Under the pieces are notes generated by a model that did no database searches, was not told the DNA's origin, and worked only from the letters and a program-made list of their open reading frames with translations. The translations under genes and the position numbers were made by a program. From positions 100,998,001 through 101,062,000 of the forward strand of contig OZ296648.1 of assembly GCA_965655095.1 (NCBI GenBank): a stretch of DNA of 64,000 nucleotides, given 5' to 3'. This DNA comes from Haplodiscus bocki. Its lineage: Eukaryota. The number at the start of each line of letters is the position of its first letter. The stretch's first letter is position 1. Below, piece by piece: positions 1 to 11,394 of this stretch.

Positions 1-62
1 ACGTGTTGTTCTTTTTAACTACTATCTAACTAACATTTAAAACTTCACACAATCTTTTTACA

Positions 63-130
63 TAGCTCAATCACAGAAAAGTTATGGCGTCCGGCACTCC
101 GTCCGTGCAGGTTTGAATCCCCGTAGAAGA
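63..130 (+). mobile_element. tRNA-derived SINE-like head (Pol III A/B-box-like motifs)
   Basis: TAGCTCAATC (A-box-like) at 63 and GGTTTGAATCC (B-box-like) at 110-120; no complete cloverleaf, so not called a tRNA. Confidence 0.4.
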
Positions 131-329
131 CCTGTTTTTTTAGCCCCCTACTTATGCACACACTATACTACTGAGCGAAAAATTATCCGGTGGCGTAAGA
201 ATCATGCGGCGGCAGAATAATCATCCGGCGGTGGAATAAACATCCCGGGTGGGCGCAGGGGGGCCAAAAAATCAAAAAAAAACTCACAGTGCTGAAAAAT
301 GTCGCACAGTGCCGAAAACACCCCATTTC

Positions 330-550
330 ATATCTTAATACGTTGCGAGATCTTTCCTTATCCTTATATATTACATTATAAAACACTATCATAATACATT
401 GCTGAAACTTTACCTTATCTTAAAACATTGCCGAAACTCTACTCTATCTTAATATATTGCCGAAACTAAACCCTATTTTAATACATGGCCGGGAGACCCT
501 TCTCGGCCCTGGGCACGAGACGGCTGCTATAGCCTATCTTAATACATGGA
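330..550. repeat. Degenerate ~29-30 bp tandem repeat (tatcttaatacattgccgaaact-like) inside a probable interspersed repeat
   Basis: cattgctgaaact / cattgccgaaact / tattgccgaaact recur ~30 bp apart at ~397-470, with weaker copies on either side. Confidence 0.65.
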
Positions 551-3500
551 GGGTCTCTCCCCCCCCATCTGATCAGCTCCACCTTCTACTAGTTCTACAA
601 CAGTTTCGTTTAAAAATGATCGAATATTTGGTTTTTTGAAACAAAGATGCTCCAAACCATTACCTGTTCACTTTGATGGCTTTGCCAACAAACTTCAGTA
701 TATTCAACGGAGAAAATAAAAGGACGGTTTTTAATTGCCGATTGATTGTTTGGCGAATCTGCAGTCGTTATTTTGAAAGTAATGACTGAAAGTGAGGCTT
801 ATTTGGTAGCGCAAAGCAGAAAACACTTCAGTGCTTCAGAGACTCTGTTATAGCTTTGCTCAGAAGTTTTTTGGTTTCCTCGTTTTTCTTCCAAAAAAAC
901 CAAAGTGATTTTGACAGAAAATTTTCTGCAAGCCTACTTCTATGTCAAGTTTGGGAAGCTTTGGGTTTCCCCATGTAAAGTGAAGGTACCAGTCTCTTGC
1001 TTCTTTTCGGGACTCTGGGCTTTGATCGATGTGATTAACGTACTAAACAATTTGATTGTGCCTATACCTTATGCGTCAAAGTGGTTATGTTACCCGAGAG
1101 ATGGGAAGAACAATGAAGTAAGTTCCATATGAGAGCTCAGTCATTTGTAAGAAAAACGATACGAACAATTTAATGGGTAAAGATGGTGCAATTGGTTGTT
1201 TCAAGCTCTCAGAAGGGTAAAAGGATCGCTTCACTGGCTTACCTGGATGCAATTGAATCTGCGCTTCTTGTCTACTGTCTGTCACCGTGAAACAAACTGA
1301 GGAAAAGCAGAAAACCACTTGCCAGGCAGTGAAAAACTTTTTAGCCCATGATTAGTACCGATGAACTTTCGCTTGAAAACTCGAAATCTTTTATCTTCAC
1401 CGGTATCCTCGGGTAAAAAACTTGGAAAAAACTTCCATCATTAATCATTTAGGTTTCAGCGCCCGTGATAACCCCAAGAGCCGACGCACTTCCGTAAAGG
1501 AAATTTACGACAGGAATTGCTATCTTCAGAAATGCAACTGAAAGTTTATTTGATTCGAATATTCCTTTTTGTCAAAAATGGTTTTTGTTTAACGGCAAGA
1601 ACAGGGATACTTTCGATATTGCTGGAGTTTGTTCTAAAATGAAAACAGAATGAAAATTTTTTTGTTTTCTGGAAATCAAAGTTTCTGGCCTCTTCCTGTA
1701 AATGAACTAACCTTCAAATCAGAATCTGAAAACGAAATTGCTGTCTCTCATGCATCCTAACTTTTCAGCATGCATTTCAAATTTGAATTGAAAAAGACCA
1801 TAAAAGAATTAATACCTTGTTATAATTGCTAAAAATTTAGAAACATGTGCAAAGACCATACTCGATGTGCTATATGTGGTTTTGATTATTCTTCCAGATC
1901 TCCTAAGCACACTGTTTGCCAAATTACAACAATTCATGCACATCAGATCGTCAAGGATTTTGCATCCACTGTAAAAGAATCTATCTTGCTTTGGAGAAAA
2001 ATTGCAGAGTAGATGAAAAATATACAGAAGATTTGCAGCAAAGTACGATGGCACGTAAATTTTCTGGAATCGCTATGATGCAAGTCACAAGAGCAGGTTG
2101 TTTTCTGCAATGTAGCTGAACTTCCAATCGTTTCGTGAATGAAACCAGTAGATATCTTCTAGGTTTGTTCAAATTTCATCTTTGAAACTCTGGTTTTTGG
2201 GAAACTATGACAATCTTCGATCAAAAGCGAGAAAGAAGGGATCCTAGATATTTCTTTGAAATTTCATGCAGCAGGTGAGGGCCTATTTGAACTATCTAAA
2301 GTATGTTTTACGGTTCTCAGTTCAAACACTGAGAGTTTTGAGTAGTGTCAAAATATGCATCATTCTCGAACGAGGAAGTTTCGCTTCATTTTTGAAATGT
2401 TGCAGAAATGATAGGAAAGTTTTGCCAAGAAAACTGTAAAAGTCAGCCGATTCTGCGAGTTTCAATGCACAGCACAATGTCTGGGTTGGCGAGTTGCTCG
2501 TAAACTTCTGCAGTGAAAAGAGTTCCATTGTTAAACCCACAAATGGACACACACTTTTCAATAGGCATCTGATTGGCGCAAGTATTCTTGATTTGACTTT
2601 TTGCAATTTCACGCTATGTAATGAGATCTTTGTCTTTTTTTGGAAGAGACACTATACTTCCACTGCTGCCCCATTTCTTGGCCACTGGTCAGTCTGTTTG
2701 TAGTTCGCATGTCACAAAACGTGAAAAGTTCTCTCAAATAGTGATGGAAAAAAGCCAAGCCGACTAGAATTGTATACATTCTGCTTTTGGGGTAGCCCTA
2801 CAGAGGGAAATTCTGGACCGCTTCAAAAGTTTTACTTCTGAATCGTTGAATGATCAATTCAGTATTGCAACAAAATGTTACCCGCAAAACTGATTTCTAG
2901 TCATTGCAAACCATATTGGTGATCTCAAGCAAAATTCATCTAAAACTACTTTTAAATTAGTGAAATGCTGCAATCAGCCAAAAGCTAGAATGATTGTGCC
3001 TGTGCTAATAAAAATTTAATTAAAAGCCATTTTTGACAACCAAAAGTCAGAAGTCTTTGTGAAAGTTTTTTTTGAGGCCGCCACCTCAGTGACAAGGAAA
3101 TTGACATAAAATTCCTCACTGAAACTAAATTTAAGTAATCGTGGCTTGAAGAACGACTCAAGGTAATGTTGAACAGGATTCACCGCCAGACGCTCGCTGT
3201 ATATTAAGCGAAAGAATCACGATGGAAGAACTACAGAGAGTGTTCACGATAATCGAAAGAAAAAAAACAACTGAACCTTACATCAGCATTCCTGCATGAT
3301 GGAAGTTTTCCACTTTGTGCCTGTTTTTGCAACTTTTACAAACCTGCTCGGAAGTTGGTATACGACCTTGCAGACAAACGTCAGTTTCTCCCCTGATAGA
3401 GCCTGGAAAATTAGTGTCAAGCTATTCAGTTTTTCACTGCATCAGTTTAGCATCGCATGCAGGCAGTTTGCTTCAGGGCAAATACGGTGAAATCATCGGA

Positions 3501-5026
3501 GGTTTCAATTGAATGCAAACCGATGGACAACAGGATGAATGCACAAAAGAGTGCTCCCTTTTTATTCATTTCAATTGGTATACAACTTGAATATTGAAAG
3601 TTAAACAACAGACCCATATATCACTACTTCCCTCGAACTGGAGAACGCATCCGACTCGATTAGGCAGTATGTTTTCCTCAATTTTTGATTGAAAGAAAAA
3701 TCAGTGAAAAGACATTCCCTCTTCATCGAACATCTTCGCGAAACAAAACAAGTTATCATCATAATGAAGGATATGCGGGAAGCTCTTGCACTCCATACCC
3801 GCGTTCCCAAGGCCTTTCACAGGATTGTGTTTTACCAACCATTTCCTTCACTGATTCTCTCAAAGTTTCCGCTGACAAATAGGAAACAAAAAAAGAGTAA
3901 GCTGTTGAGAGTACCAACCTCTGCAGCCCCAGTGAATCAATACAAAGCTATCACACACCGGAAGAGGTTTGCAGAAAATGCAGATTTCTGTAAATTGATC
4001 TCATAGCTCAACGATTGTTGTTCAAGCTACAAACTACTGCGAGTCAATATCGACCACTAAAATGACCAAAAAAGTGTATATTTGCCTGGATTGAAATATC
4101 AAATTTCAAAGCCACGCTGGTTACTTGAAGGCACTTGACATTTTTCAAGGAAAATTTATTTGTACCTTTAACTAGTATCTTCGACCAGGAATCGATTTTA
4201 TTTTTCTCCTACCGTACAAAAGCAATCCATCTTCTCTGTATGGTCTGTACTGCAATGCAGGAAAAGCCATCAATTCTTCCAAAAACAATTTTTTCCCTAA
4301 AAGCTCCTTCTGCTCTACTCAACTCTCCGTCTTCAAAATCCATCATCGGCGGAAAGATTGTGAGAAATGAAACTTCTTCAGCGAATGATCGGCCTTTACA
4401 TCTACTACTTATTGTTCAGCAAGTCAGTGTTTGTCGAAAGCTTCTTCATCATTTCCTTTGTAATGTGACAAGAGGCATTGATTGGTTGCCGAGAAGTCTC
4501 CGTGAGTTTCGTTCAAACAGAAGTGAAGGTTGTTCTTGAAGTTTATCCGAACAATCTGTCACTTTACCTGGCAGTTTCACACTCATTCAAACTTAGACTG
4601 GAAAGATTCCTGAGAAAAACCGTTTGGCATTAGAGTTCCGATTGAACTGGACAAAATTAACGTTTGTTGCTAAGAAAAATCTCAACTTTCATTACTTCCA
4701 ATGAATGATTTTGGTGTGATTGAACTTAATCAAAAAAGCAGGAAAGCAGGGTTGCCCTCAGGCAGTTGTAAAAGAAACCACACGCTAACTTTGATGAACT
4801 TCTTCGAAACGAAATTAAACATGAAATCATTCACTGACAGAGTGAAAAAGGAAATTTTTGACAGGTCGTTGACAGCGTTGATAAACTGCTGCAATGTTAG
4901 AGTCATAAGGGCTCCGGTTTACCCTTTGAAACGAACATCAGCATTTAGAGTCTTTTGTGAAGAGCCTATATGTTCTATTAGCCAAAACTAATTTATACCT
5001 CTGTGAAGTTTTTACTTGTGCTACCG

Positions 5027-5288
5027 NNNNNNNNNNNNNNNNNNNNNNNNNNNNNNNNNNNNNNNNNNNNNNNNNNNNNNNNNNNNNNNNNNNNNNNNNN
5101 NNNNNNNNNNNNNNNNNNNNNNNNNNNNNNNNNNNNNNNNNNNNNNNNNNNNNNNNNNNNNNNNNNNNNNNNNNNNNNNNNNNNNNNNNNNNNNNNNNNN
5201 NNNNNNNNNNNNNNNNNNNNNNNNNNNNNNNNNNNNNNNNNNNNNNNNNNNNNNNNNNNNNNNNNNNNNNNNNNNNNNNNNNNNNNNN
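5027..5288. other. Assembly gap (262 N)
   Basis: Run of N; the ORFs spanning it are artefacts. Confidence 1.
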
Positions 5289-6521
5289 TTTTTGCTTCCG
5301 ATTCTTGACCGGCTGAAAATGTTATCATTAATTACAGCTAGGTTAACGAACTCATGTTTCTCCACAACTACAAGGTTGACTTCTATCAACGAGGGATCAA
5401 GCAACACCGCTCTATTTGAGGAGTTTCCAATAGAAAAATGTTGGATCTTGATTTTTCGTCGGAATCTAGATAGTCCGAATTTACCAAAAATCGATTATTT
5501 TTTGAACACAACTATTTCCAATTTCTCATTCAACTTTTGGATTGACTTTGTCCATTAGGGCGTTAGTTTACAGCTTTTAACCTGTAGGCGGGTCTTCGAA
5601 TTAGTTTTCCTTGATTTTTGGGATGTCCACAGAACTTTCACGAGTGGCCGAAAAGCGCAACTCTTTGTTGAGTCGATATTCAAATTCAAATTTCAAAAGC
5701 TATTCCGATATAACACTGCTTGCGAAATTGCAAATTTTTTCAAAGCACTTATTAAAAAAGATGACAATTTCAGGAATCATAACAGAGAGTTGAATTCTTC
5801 CTACAAAGTCACAATCGACAATTTTCTGTTCGATCAAAGTTTTTGAAAAGCATCTGTTAAATGTTCGATCATTTTACACCTTAACAGAGAATATCGCGGC
5901 GAGACTGCCTGTCATGGTTTTATTAATTTCGCCGTGCGATCCGTCTAAACATAAATTCAAACTTGGTGGTTGGTATAAAACGAGGAATTTTCATTCGAAA
6001 ATTTTGTCAATTGTAGATATTTTCAATTATTTTAATAGCCGAGTGAATTTTGGTCAAAGGCCTGTAATTTGAAAGCAGTTCTCTATCTCTAGATGTGAAT
6101 GAACTGTTCCGTTTATGGCTATAAAATGTCAAATCAATTTTAATCATTGCAACTGACATAGAATACTTTTACATAGAAAAGTATAATTGCAATTAATTAT
6201 AATTGCAATGATGGCATTGCTTAAATTACTAGTATTTTCTGAAGCTTCAGTGAGCTGCAGCTGTGAATTCAGAGGGCACTGATTCTATGAAGGTCGGAGC
6301 TCACTTTTGTCTTCATGTAACTGATTACTTCGGCGTAGGTGTGATCTTTTCCTCGTACAATCATTCGTAATTGAATCTTTCATGATTTTATTTCTTTGAT
6401 CCGTCTCTAGGGAAGTAAACTTAGCCTTTGTGCCGTATAAAAAGCTATAGATGCAAGCCTTTCTTTTGAATGATCTGGACTAATTTTTCATAATCACTGT
6501 TTTTCAGAATACTTTGAAATC

Positions 6522-6727
6522 ATGCCTCCTGGCATCTATAACACTGAGGAGGATGTCAAGGCGTCATTGGAAATTTTGTTTCTTGAATATCAATATAATT
6601 GTTTGCACGAAAATGATGCTTTTGCATGTGATGGACTGGCGAGCATTTACGATGTTGTCAAAAAGAACCAATTGAAAGCTTTCGATTTGCTAGCGGAAAA
6701 CTGCAAAACGAGGAAATATGGTCACAG
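6522..6727 (+). CDS. COA7: COA7-like (cytochrome c oxidase assembly factor 7, Sel1-like repeat protein), coding exon 1
   Basis: EEDVKASLEILFLEYQYNCLHENDAFACDGLA...KAFDLLAENC matches the COA7 N-terminal pattern EEQVKSFLEN.EVEC.Y.C..E.DPDGC..L; donor CACAG|gttcgc, phase 2. Confidence 0.85.
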
Positions 6728-7637
6728 GTTCGCTTGAGCACAAAAATTGACTAATCCAAAAAGTGAAGAAGTTTTACATGCGTCGAACCCAATTGAAGGC
6801 AACTTTGTCAAAGAACGTGCATCCAAAGCTCAAGGAGGTTAATTAAAATTGAGTTGAAAGCCCGAGCAAAATGTGTTGTGAGAAAATTACAGCGTTTTGA
6901 CAGCTGTACGAAAAATTCTGACCAAGTTGACTACAATCAATGCAGAGAGAAAAAGCCATGGAAACAGATAGTAATACACTGAAGGTTTTTCGCACCCCAA
7001 TCCTAAGATTATGTCAATCTTTTCGCGGGTGAATCCCTGGACCAAAACAGGTATTTCGCGGATGAATCTTGGCTTGTAAACAATATTTACATGTAGCCTA
7101 GGCTAGACTACTGGTATTTCAAATTTGTTTACTTAGCGACCTAGGTGAAGAAGAGGCGTCCCTCTGAGCTGCTTGATTTCTTGGTCTATTCCAACAGGGG
7201 CGCCGCTTTCAAGTCGTTACGTAGACAACGCAGTCTTTTGCATTCTGCTGACAACTCATGCACTGGTAACCTTGAGAATATCTTTCTTGTTTATTATTTT
7301 CAACATTCTTATTGAAAACGCATCATTTTAAAGGCGATTATTTGAAAGATATCATTTCTCAAGCCTGCTTAGCTTAGAATTCTTGCGAGGTTTGTACAGA
7401 TTTGTTAAAGAAAATCTTTTCCAATGTTTGTTTGGTCATAAATTTTTTCACTAAGCGTCTTTTAGTCCCACTGAATATTGTTCTCTTATTTAGCTTTTCG
7501 CTCCGCTGGCTTTCAGAGATTCGGATTTTGGAATAACAAAAGTAATAACTAATTTCAGATAGGTTTCCTTTTTCGAAGGATCTTTTTGTCAATTTGTACA
7601 ACACTCCATGCATTCCATAAAGCTACCCTAACGAACC

Positions 7638-8088
7638 ATGGAAGAACAATTGTTGAAAACCCTACCAAGGCAAAATAGGACAGCTTCCGGAGGCACTAGG
7701 TATCAGGCCGTTGTGATGGTTGGAGACAAGGAGGGCAATGTGGGTGTCGGTGTGAAAGTCAAAGGTACCAAAGAAAATGCAACAATGGGAGCTACTGCCA
7801 ATGCTTTTCGAAATGGATTTCAATTTGTTCGAGGATCATGGGATCTGGAGAATGTGGAAACTGTACCTTTTTGTGTCAGGGTTCGATATGGGGGATTTAT
7901 GGTCAGTGTGAAACCCGTTCCCCAGGGTGCTGGAATATCGGGACCCCCATTGGCGAAGAAAATCCTGCAACTTGCTGGGATCACTGACTGCCTCGGTCAC
8001 GAAAGGCAATACAAAAGAACATTTGAACTTGATTGATGCTTTACGGAGAGTGTTATGTAAATTAGATGTCGAGTTATGGACTCATTGA
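7638..8088 (+). pseudogene. Highly divergent intronless ribosomal protein uS5 (RPS2)-like copy with a frameshift near 7996
   Basis: TRYQAVVMVGDKEGNVGVGVK, RGSW, TVPFCV and PVPQGAGISGPPLAKKILQLAGITDC align with the uS5 core; an alternative frame after ~7996 (VTKGNTKEHLNLIDALRRVLCK, stop 8086-8088) continues the uS5 C-terminal helix. Confidence 0.8.
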
Positions 8089-8428
8089 TATTTAAGGTAT
8101 GTTGAAATAATTTCATGCAGGAAAGTGAATTGAGTTTTGCTGCCCAAATTTTCCTCCCAAAAATAGAGCGCACGTTAGAGAAATATGGCAATTTCTGGAA
8201 AATCTTTTGAGAAAAAAATTTCATTGTGGGAAAGTTTCGAGGTTTGACATCTAAAACAGAAGTTTCGACATGTTTCGGTTCAGAGTGATCACCAGATAGA
8301 TATGAGAAAACAGCAAAAGAGAGTAAGGTGGAAACCTAACTTAACTTAATAAATAGTTTCAGTGCTTGATTGAAAAGACCGGATACTGGAGAGCCCTTAC
8401 GTGAAAGGGATTTTAGAGGCCGGCATTT

Positions 8429-9052
8429 ATGGTTTATATAATTGGAGCAAGTTCGCTGAACGCTACAATTGCAAGGGTACCCTACAAATTCAGGAGAGAA
8501 TTACTTGGCGGAAGTTTCAGCCTGGGAGGGCTCAGCTTCAACTGGAACGCTAAAAACCCATTGAAGGTGTTACAAAATCTACTGACAGGAAGGGGTATAC
8601 TTGTCAGAAAGTATAAAGTGATAATTTGGCACGACATTATAAACAATTCGATTAGCAAACATCGAAGCAACAACTACAGGGACATAAGTGTTGAAAAGTT
8701 ACTCCAAATACTGTGTCATAGAATCGAAGCGGTAGTATATTGTAGACTTGAAGGAGCCCCTGAAATTTTTCGCAAATGGTTGGAGAGCAAACTTACCATA
8801 CTAGACGTTAAATCAAATCTTCTATCCCATCGCAAGAGTAGAGATTTCATAGTTCTACACGACCTGAAACAAACCCACCCGTCCACTGAACTCGAAGCCC
8901 GATTGCTCTCAACTGTTTGGCGGCACAGAAAGAACTTAAAAATCTTTATAGGAGTAACAAGAAGAAGTCGAATCCGTGCAAGCCAAAGAAGGAAAACAAG
9001 CCATCAAAGAAAGAAAGAAAAAGCGAAACGGAAGAAAGAATCAGCTAAATAG
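8429..9052 (+). CDS. LINE-associated SGNH/GDSL esterase-like ORF with basic tail (207 aa)
   Basis: Motifs in SGNH block order: YIIGASS (block I), SLGG (II), IIWHDIINN (III), LKQTHPS (V); K/R-rich C-terminus; uninterrupted. Confidence 0.6.
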   Translation: MVYIIGASSLNATIARVPYKFRRELLGGSFSLGGLSFNWNAKNPLKVLQNLLTGRGILVRKYKVIIWHDIINNSISKHRSNNYRDISVEKLLQILCHRIEAVVYCRLEGAPEIFRKWLESKLTILDVKSNLLSHRKSRDFIVLHDLKQTHPSTELEARLLSTVWRHRKNLKIFIGVTRRSRIRASQRRKTSHQRKKEKAKRKKESAK

Positions 9053-9152
9053 GTAAAGTTTGATTGTGTTGTTTGATTTTGTTTAGAGTGCCTTCGCAAC
9101 CTTAACTGGTAGGAAGGGGCTTGTACTCCTTGTAGTCTTGTACTCTTTGAGA

Positions 9153-9340
9153 ATGGGAGGTAAAGCTAGAACTCATTCAACGAAGTACCCATGCGGTGCC
9201 TGTAATCTTGAATGCAAAGATGGATCAGTTTCTTGTTTTGAATGTGGTTGCTGGTACCACGCCGGTGAATGCTCCGGCATTGCTCCAAATGTCCTTAGAT
9301 GTCTGCAAAAAACTTAGGACTTATTTGGTTGTGTAAATAT
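9153..9340 (+). pseudogene. PHD-finger ORF remnant of the LINE
   Basis: MGGKARTHSTKYPCGACNLECKDGSVSCFECGCWYHAGECSGI..., then after a frameshift LGLIWLCK; fits the C4HC3 PHD pattern. Confidence 0.75.
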
Positions 9341-10530
9341 GGTTATCTACTCACATTTGAACTCGAGAGACTCTTAATTTATTTGTTTTATTTGATTTCT
9401 CTAAAGCATTTGACAAAATAAAGCATAGTATCCTGATGAAGAAGTTAGTACAAATTCCGATCTCCGAGGCTTTATTCGAACTAATTCAAGACTACTTATT
9501 AGGAAGAACACAGAAAGTGCGAATAGGTGACCAGTTATCGAATGAGCGGACTGTAACGTCTGGAGTACCACAGGGATCGGTATTGGAACCCTTACTCTTC
9601 TTGATATACATAAAGGATCTCCCCACTGTTGTCTTCTCATCGATGGCTTTACTATTTGTCGATGATTTGAAATTGATTTTCCATGGGAGAGCTGAACAAG
9701 AATCCTTAGAAAAACTTCAAATCGACTTACAAGCCCTTCACAACTGGAGTATGCAAAATCATCTACTATTCAATTTGAAAAAGTGTTCAATCAGCGATTT
9801 TCAGTACGGTAGAAATGAGAACACTCTCGAAGGAGTTTGTTTTATTATGGAGGGTCGAAATTTAAACCACAAAAGCCTCTTTCGTGACGTCGGCCTGTTC
9901 ATAGATGAATCACTAAACTGGAACGAGCATGTAAAAGTAAGAATTGGAAAGGCGGCAAAAACGTTCTTTCTGGTAAGAAGTACCATGCCGATCATTTGCA
10001 CCCAGACTAAAGCCCATCTTTACCGATCATTAATAACAACGTCGTTACTTCTTGCATCCGCATGCTGGGAACTAAGAAATACGAGTTTCAAAATCATTGA
10101 AAAATTCAACAGAAAGGTTCTGAAGTGCATTTGCGGAAATTTGGATTATAAGGATGCTTTGGTCCAATCGAATTTATTACCACCACTCTACTTTAAAGTG
10201 CTTGAAGACCTTTTACTCTTCAGTAACATCTTGGAAGGAAGACACGATGTAGATTTTTCGAAAGGATTCAAAATCACTAATAGCGGTAGAAGACGTGATG
10301 TGCTTCCAGACACTAGATATGAAATACAGAGGCAAAACTTTTGGTACAGGATTGGATTCAGAATAAACGTCGTGCAAAGATCTCTTGATTTCTTCAACCT
10401 GGAGAATCTGAGGAAGAAACTGATTGAATATATGTGGATGTATTTTATTAGACATTGGACTGAAAACAATCCCTGTACTTGGATTTTCATTTGTTTATGT
10501 GTAAACTGCCGTGCCAATCCTAGATCTTAG
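9341..10530 (+). pseudogene. Reverse transcriptase, C-terminal half (endonuclease and RT N-terminus deleted)
   Basis: DFSKAFD, SGVPQGSVLEPLLFLIYIKDL, LFVDD, RDVGLFIDESLNWNEHV; Cys-rich C-terminus CTWIFICLCVNC. Confidence 0.9.
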
Positions 10531-10910
10531 ATTGTAACAGTGGGGTAAAATTCCCCAGTGGCATATCCACGAAGTTATAATAAGAATAATATGAAAGAAC
10601 TTTGATTTTGCTTTTGTTTTTTGATCTCATAGTTTTTGATTTCAACTGGCAAGTAAGAATGCGTTGCTAGGTTCTGCTTCAACTCTGTGTTTCATTTTTT
10701 TTCAGGGACACCGCCGCGCACGCTTTATGCAAAAAATTGACAGGTCTGTGTCTGAAAAGGTCACCTTCCTGGTGTTTCCGGAACCGCACAACACCTACTA
10801 GTGTCACCCTCGGGGCTCTGATTCGAACGGTGTTCTGTAAGGCTGGAGCTTTTTGAACCGTTTTTGGCGAACGCCATTTCAACAAAACAATTTCCCTAAC
10901 AGTTTATTTG

Positions 10911-11273
10911 GCGGACGTTTTTCCGTGTGCTTTTCTGCGGAGGCTTTTTCCGTGCGCTTTTTCGCGCGGGCTTTTTCCGTTCGCTCTTTTGCGGGGGCTT
11001 TTTCCGTTCGCTCTTTCGCGTGGGCTTTTTTCCGTTCGCTCTTTCGCCTGGGCTTTTTCTGTGCGCTCTTTCGCAAGGGCTTTTTCCGTGCGCTGTCTCG
11101 TAGGTTCTTTCCGTTCGGTCTTTCATAGGGGATTTTTCCGTGCGCTCTTTTGTAGCGACTTTTCCATGCGCTCTTTCGCAGGGGATTTTCCCGTGCGATC
11201 TTTCGTAAGGGCTTTCTCTGTGCGCTCTTCTGCAGGGGCTTTTTTTCGCAAAGGCTCTTTCGGTGCGCTTTTC
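10911..11273. repeat. 27-bp GC-rich minisatellite, about 13 copies (gggctttttccgtgcgctctttcgcnn)
   Basis: Direct inspection; overlapping ORFs show 9-aa periodicity (RAFSVRSFA). Confidence 0.9.
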
Positions 11274-11394
11274 AATGCTGAATTTCAGGGTTGAGTGTTA
11301 TCTACGTGGAAAGGAACACTTCAAAACTTTTTTCCATCGTTTGATGAAAAAGTTTGCATGAAGTTTGGCGCAAATCCTTTTGTACGATCAAATA

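Larger units (their letters stand above)
8429..10591 (+). mobile_element. Internally deleted non-LTR retrotransposon (CR1/L2-like)
   Basis: Esterase-like ORF, PHD-finger ORF, RT C-terminal half, short 3' UTR with hairpins and a (TAA)-type tail; 5' end and TSD not located. Confidence 0.85.

Noticed and set aside
905-2700. Exon-like stretches with splice-like signals on both strands
   Set aside because: No consistent phase chain and no recognisable protein
4957-5558. ORFs spanning the N run
   Set aside because: Artefacts of the gap
7990-8000. Programmed frameshift in the uS5-like ORF
   Set aside because: No slippery heptamer or obvious stimulatory structure; an indel is simpler
10853-11294. 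Arg/Lys- or Phe-rich ORFs of 65-128 aa
   Set aside because: Translations of the 27-bp minisatellite
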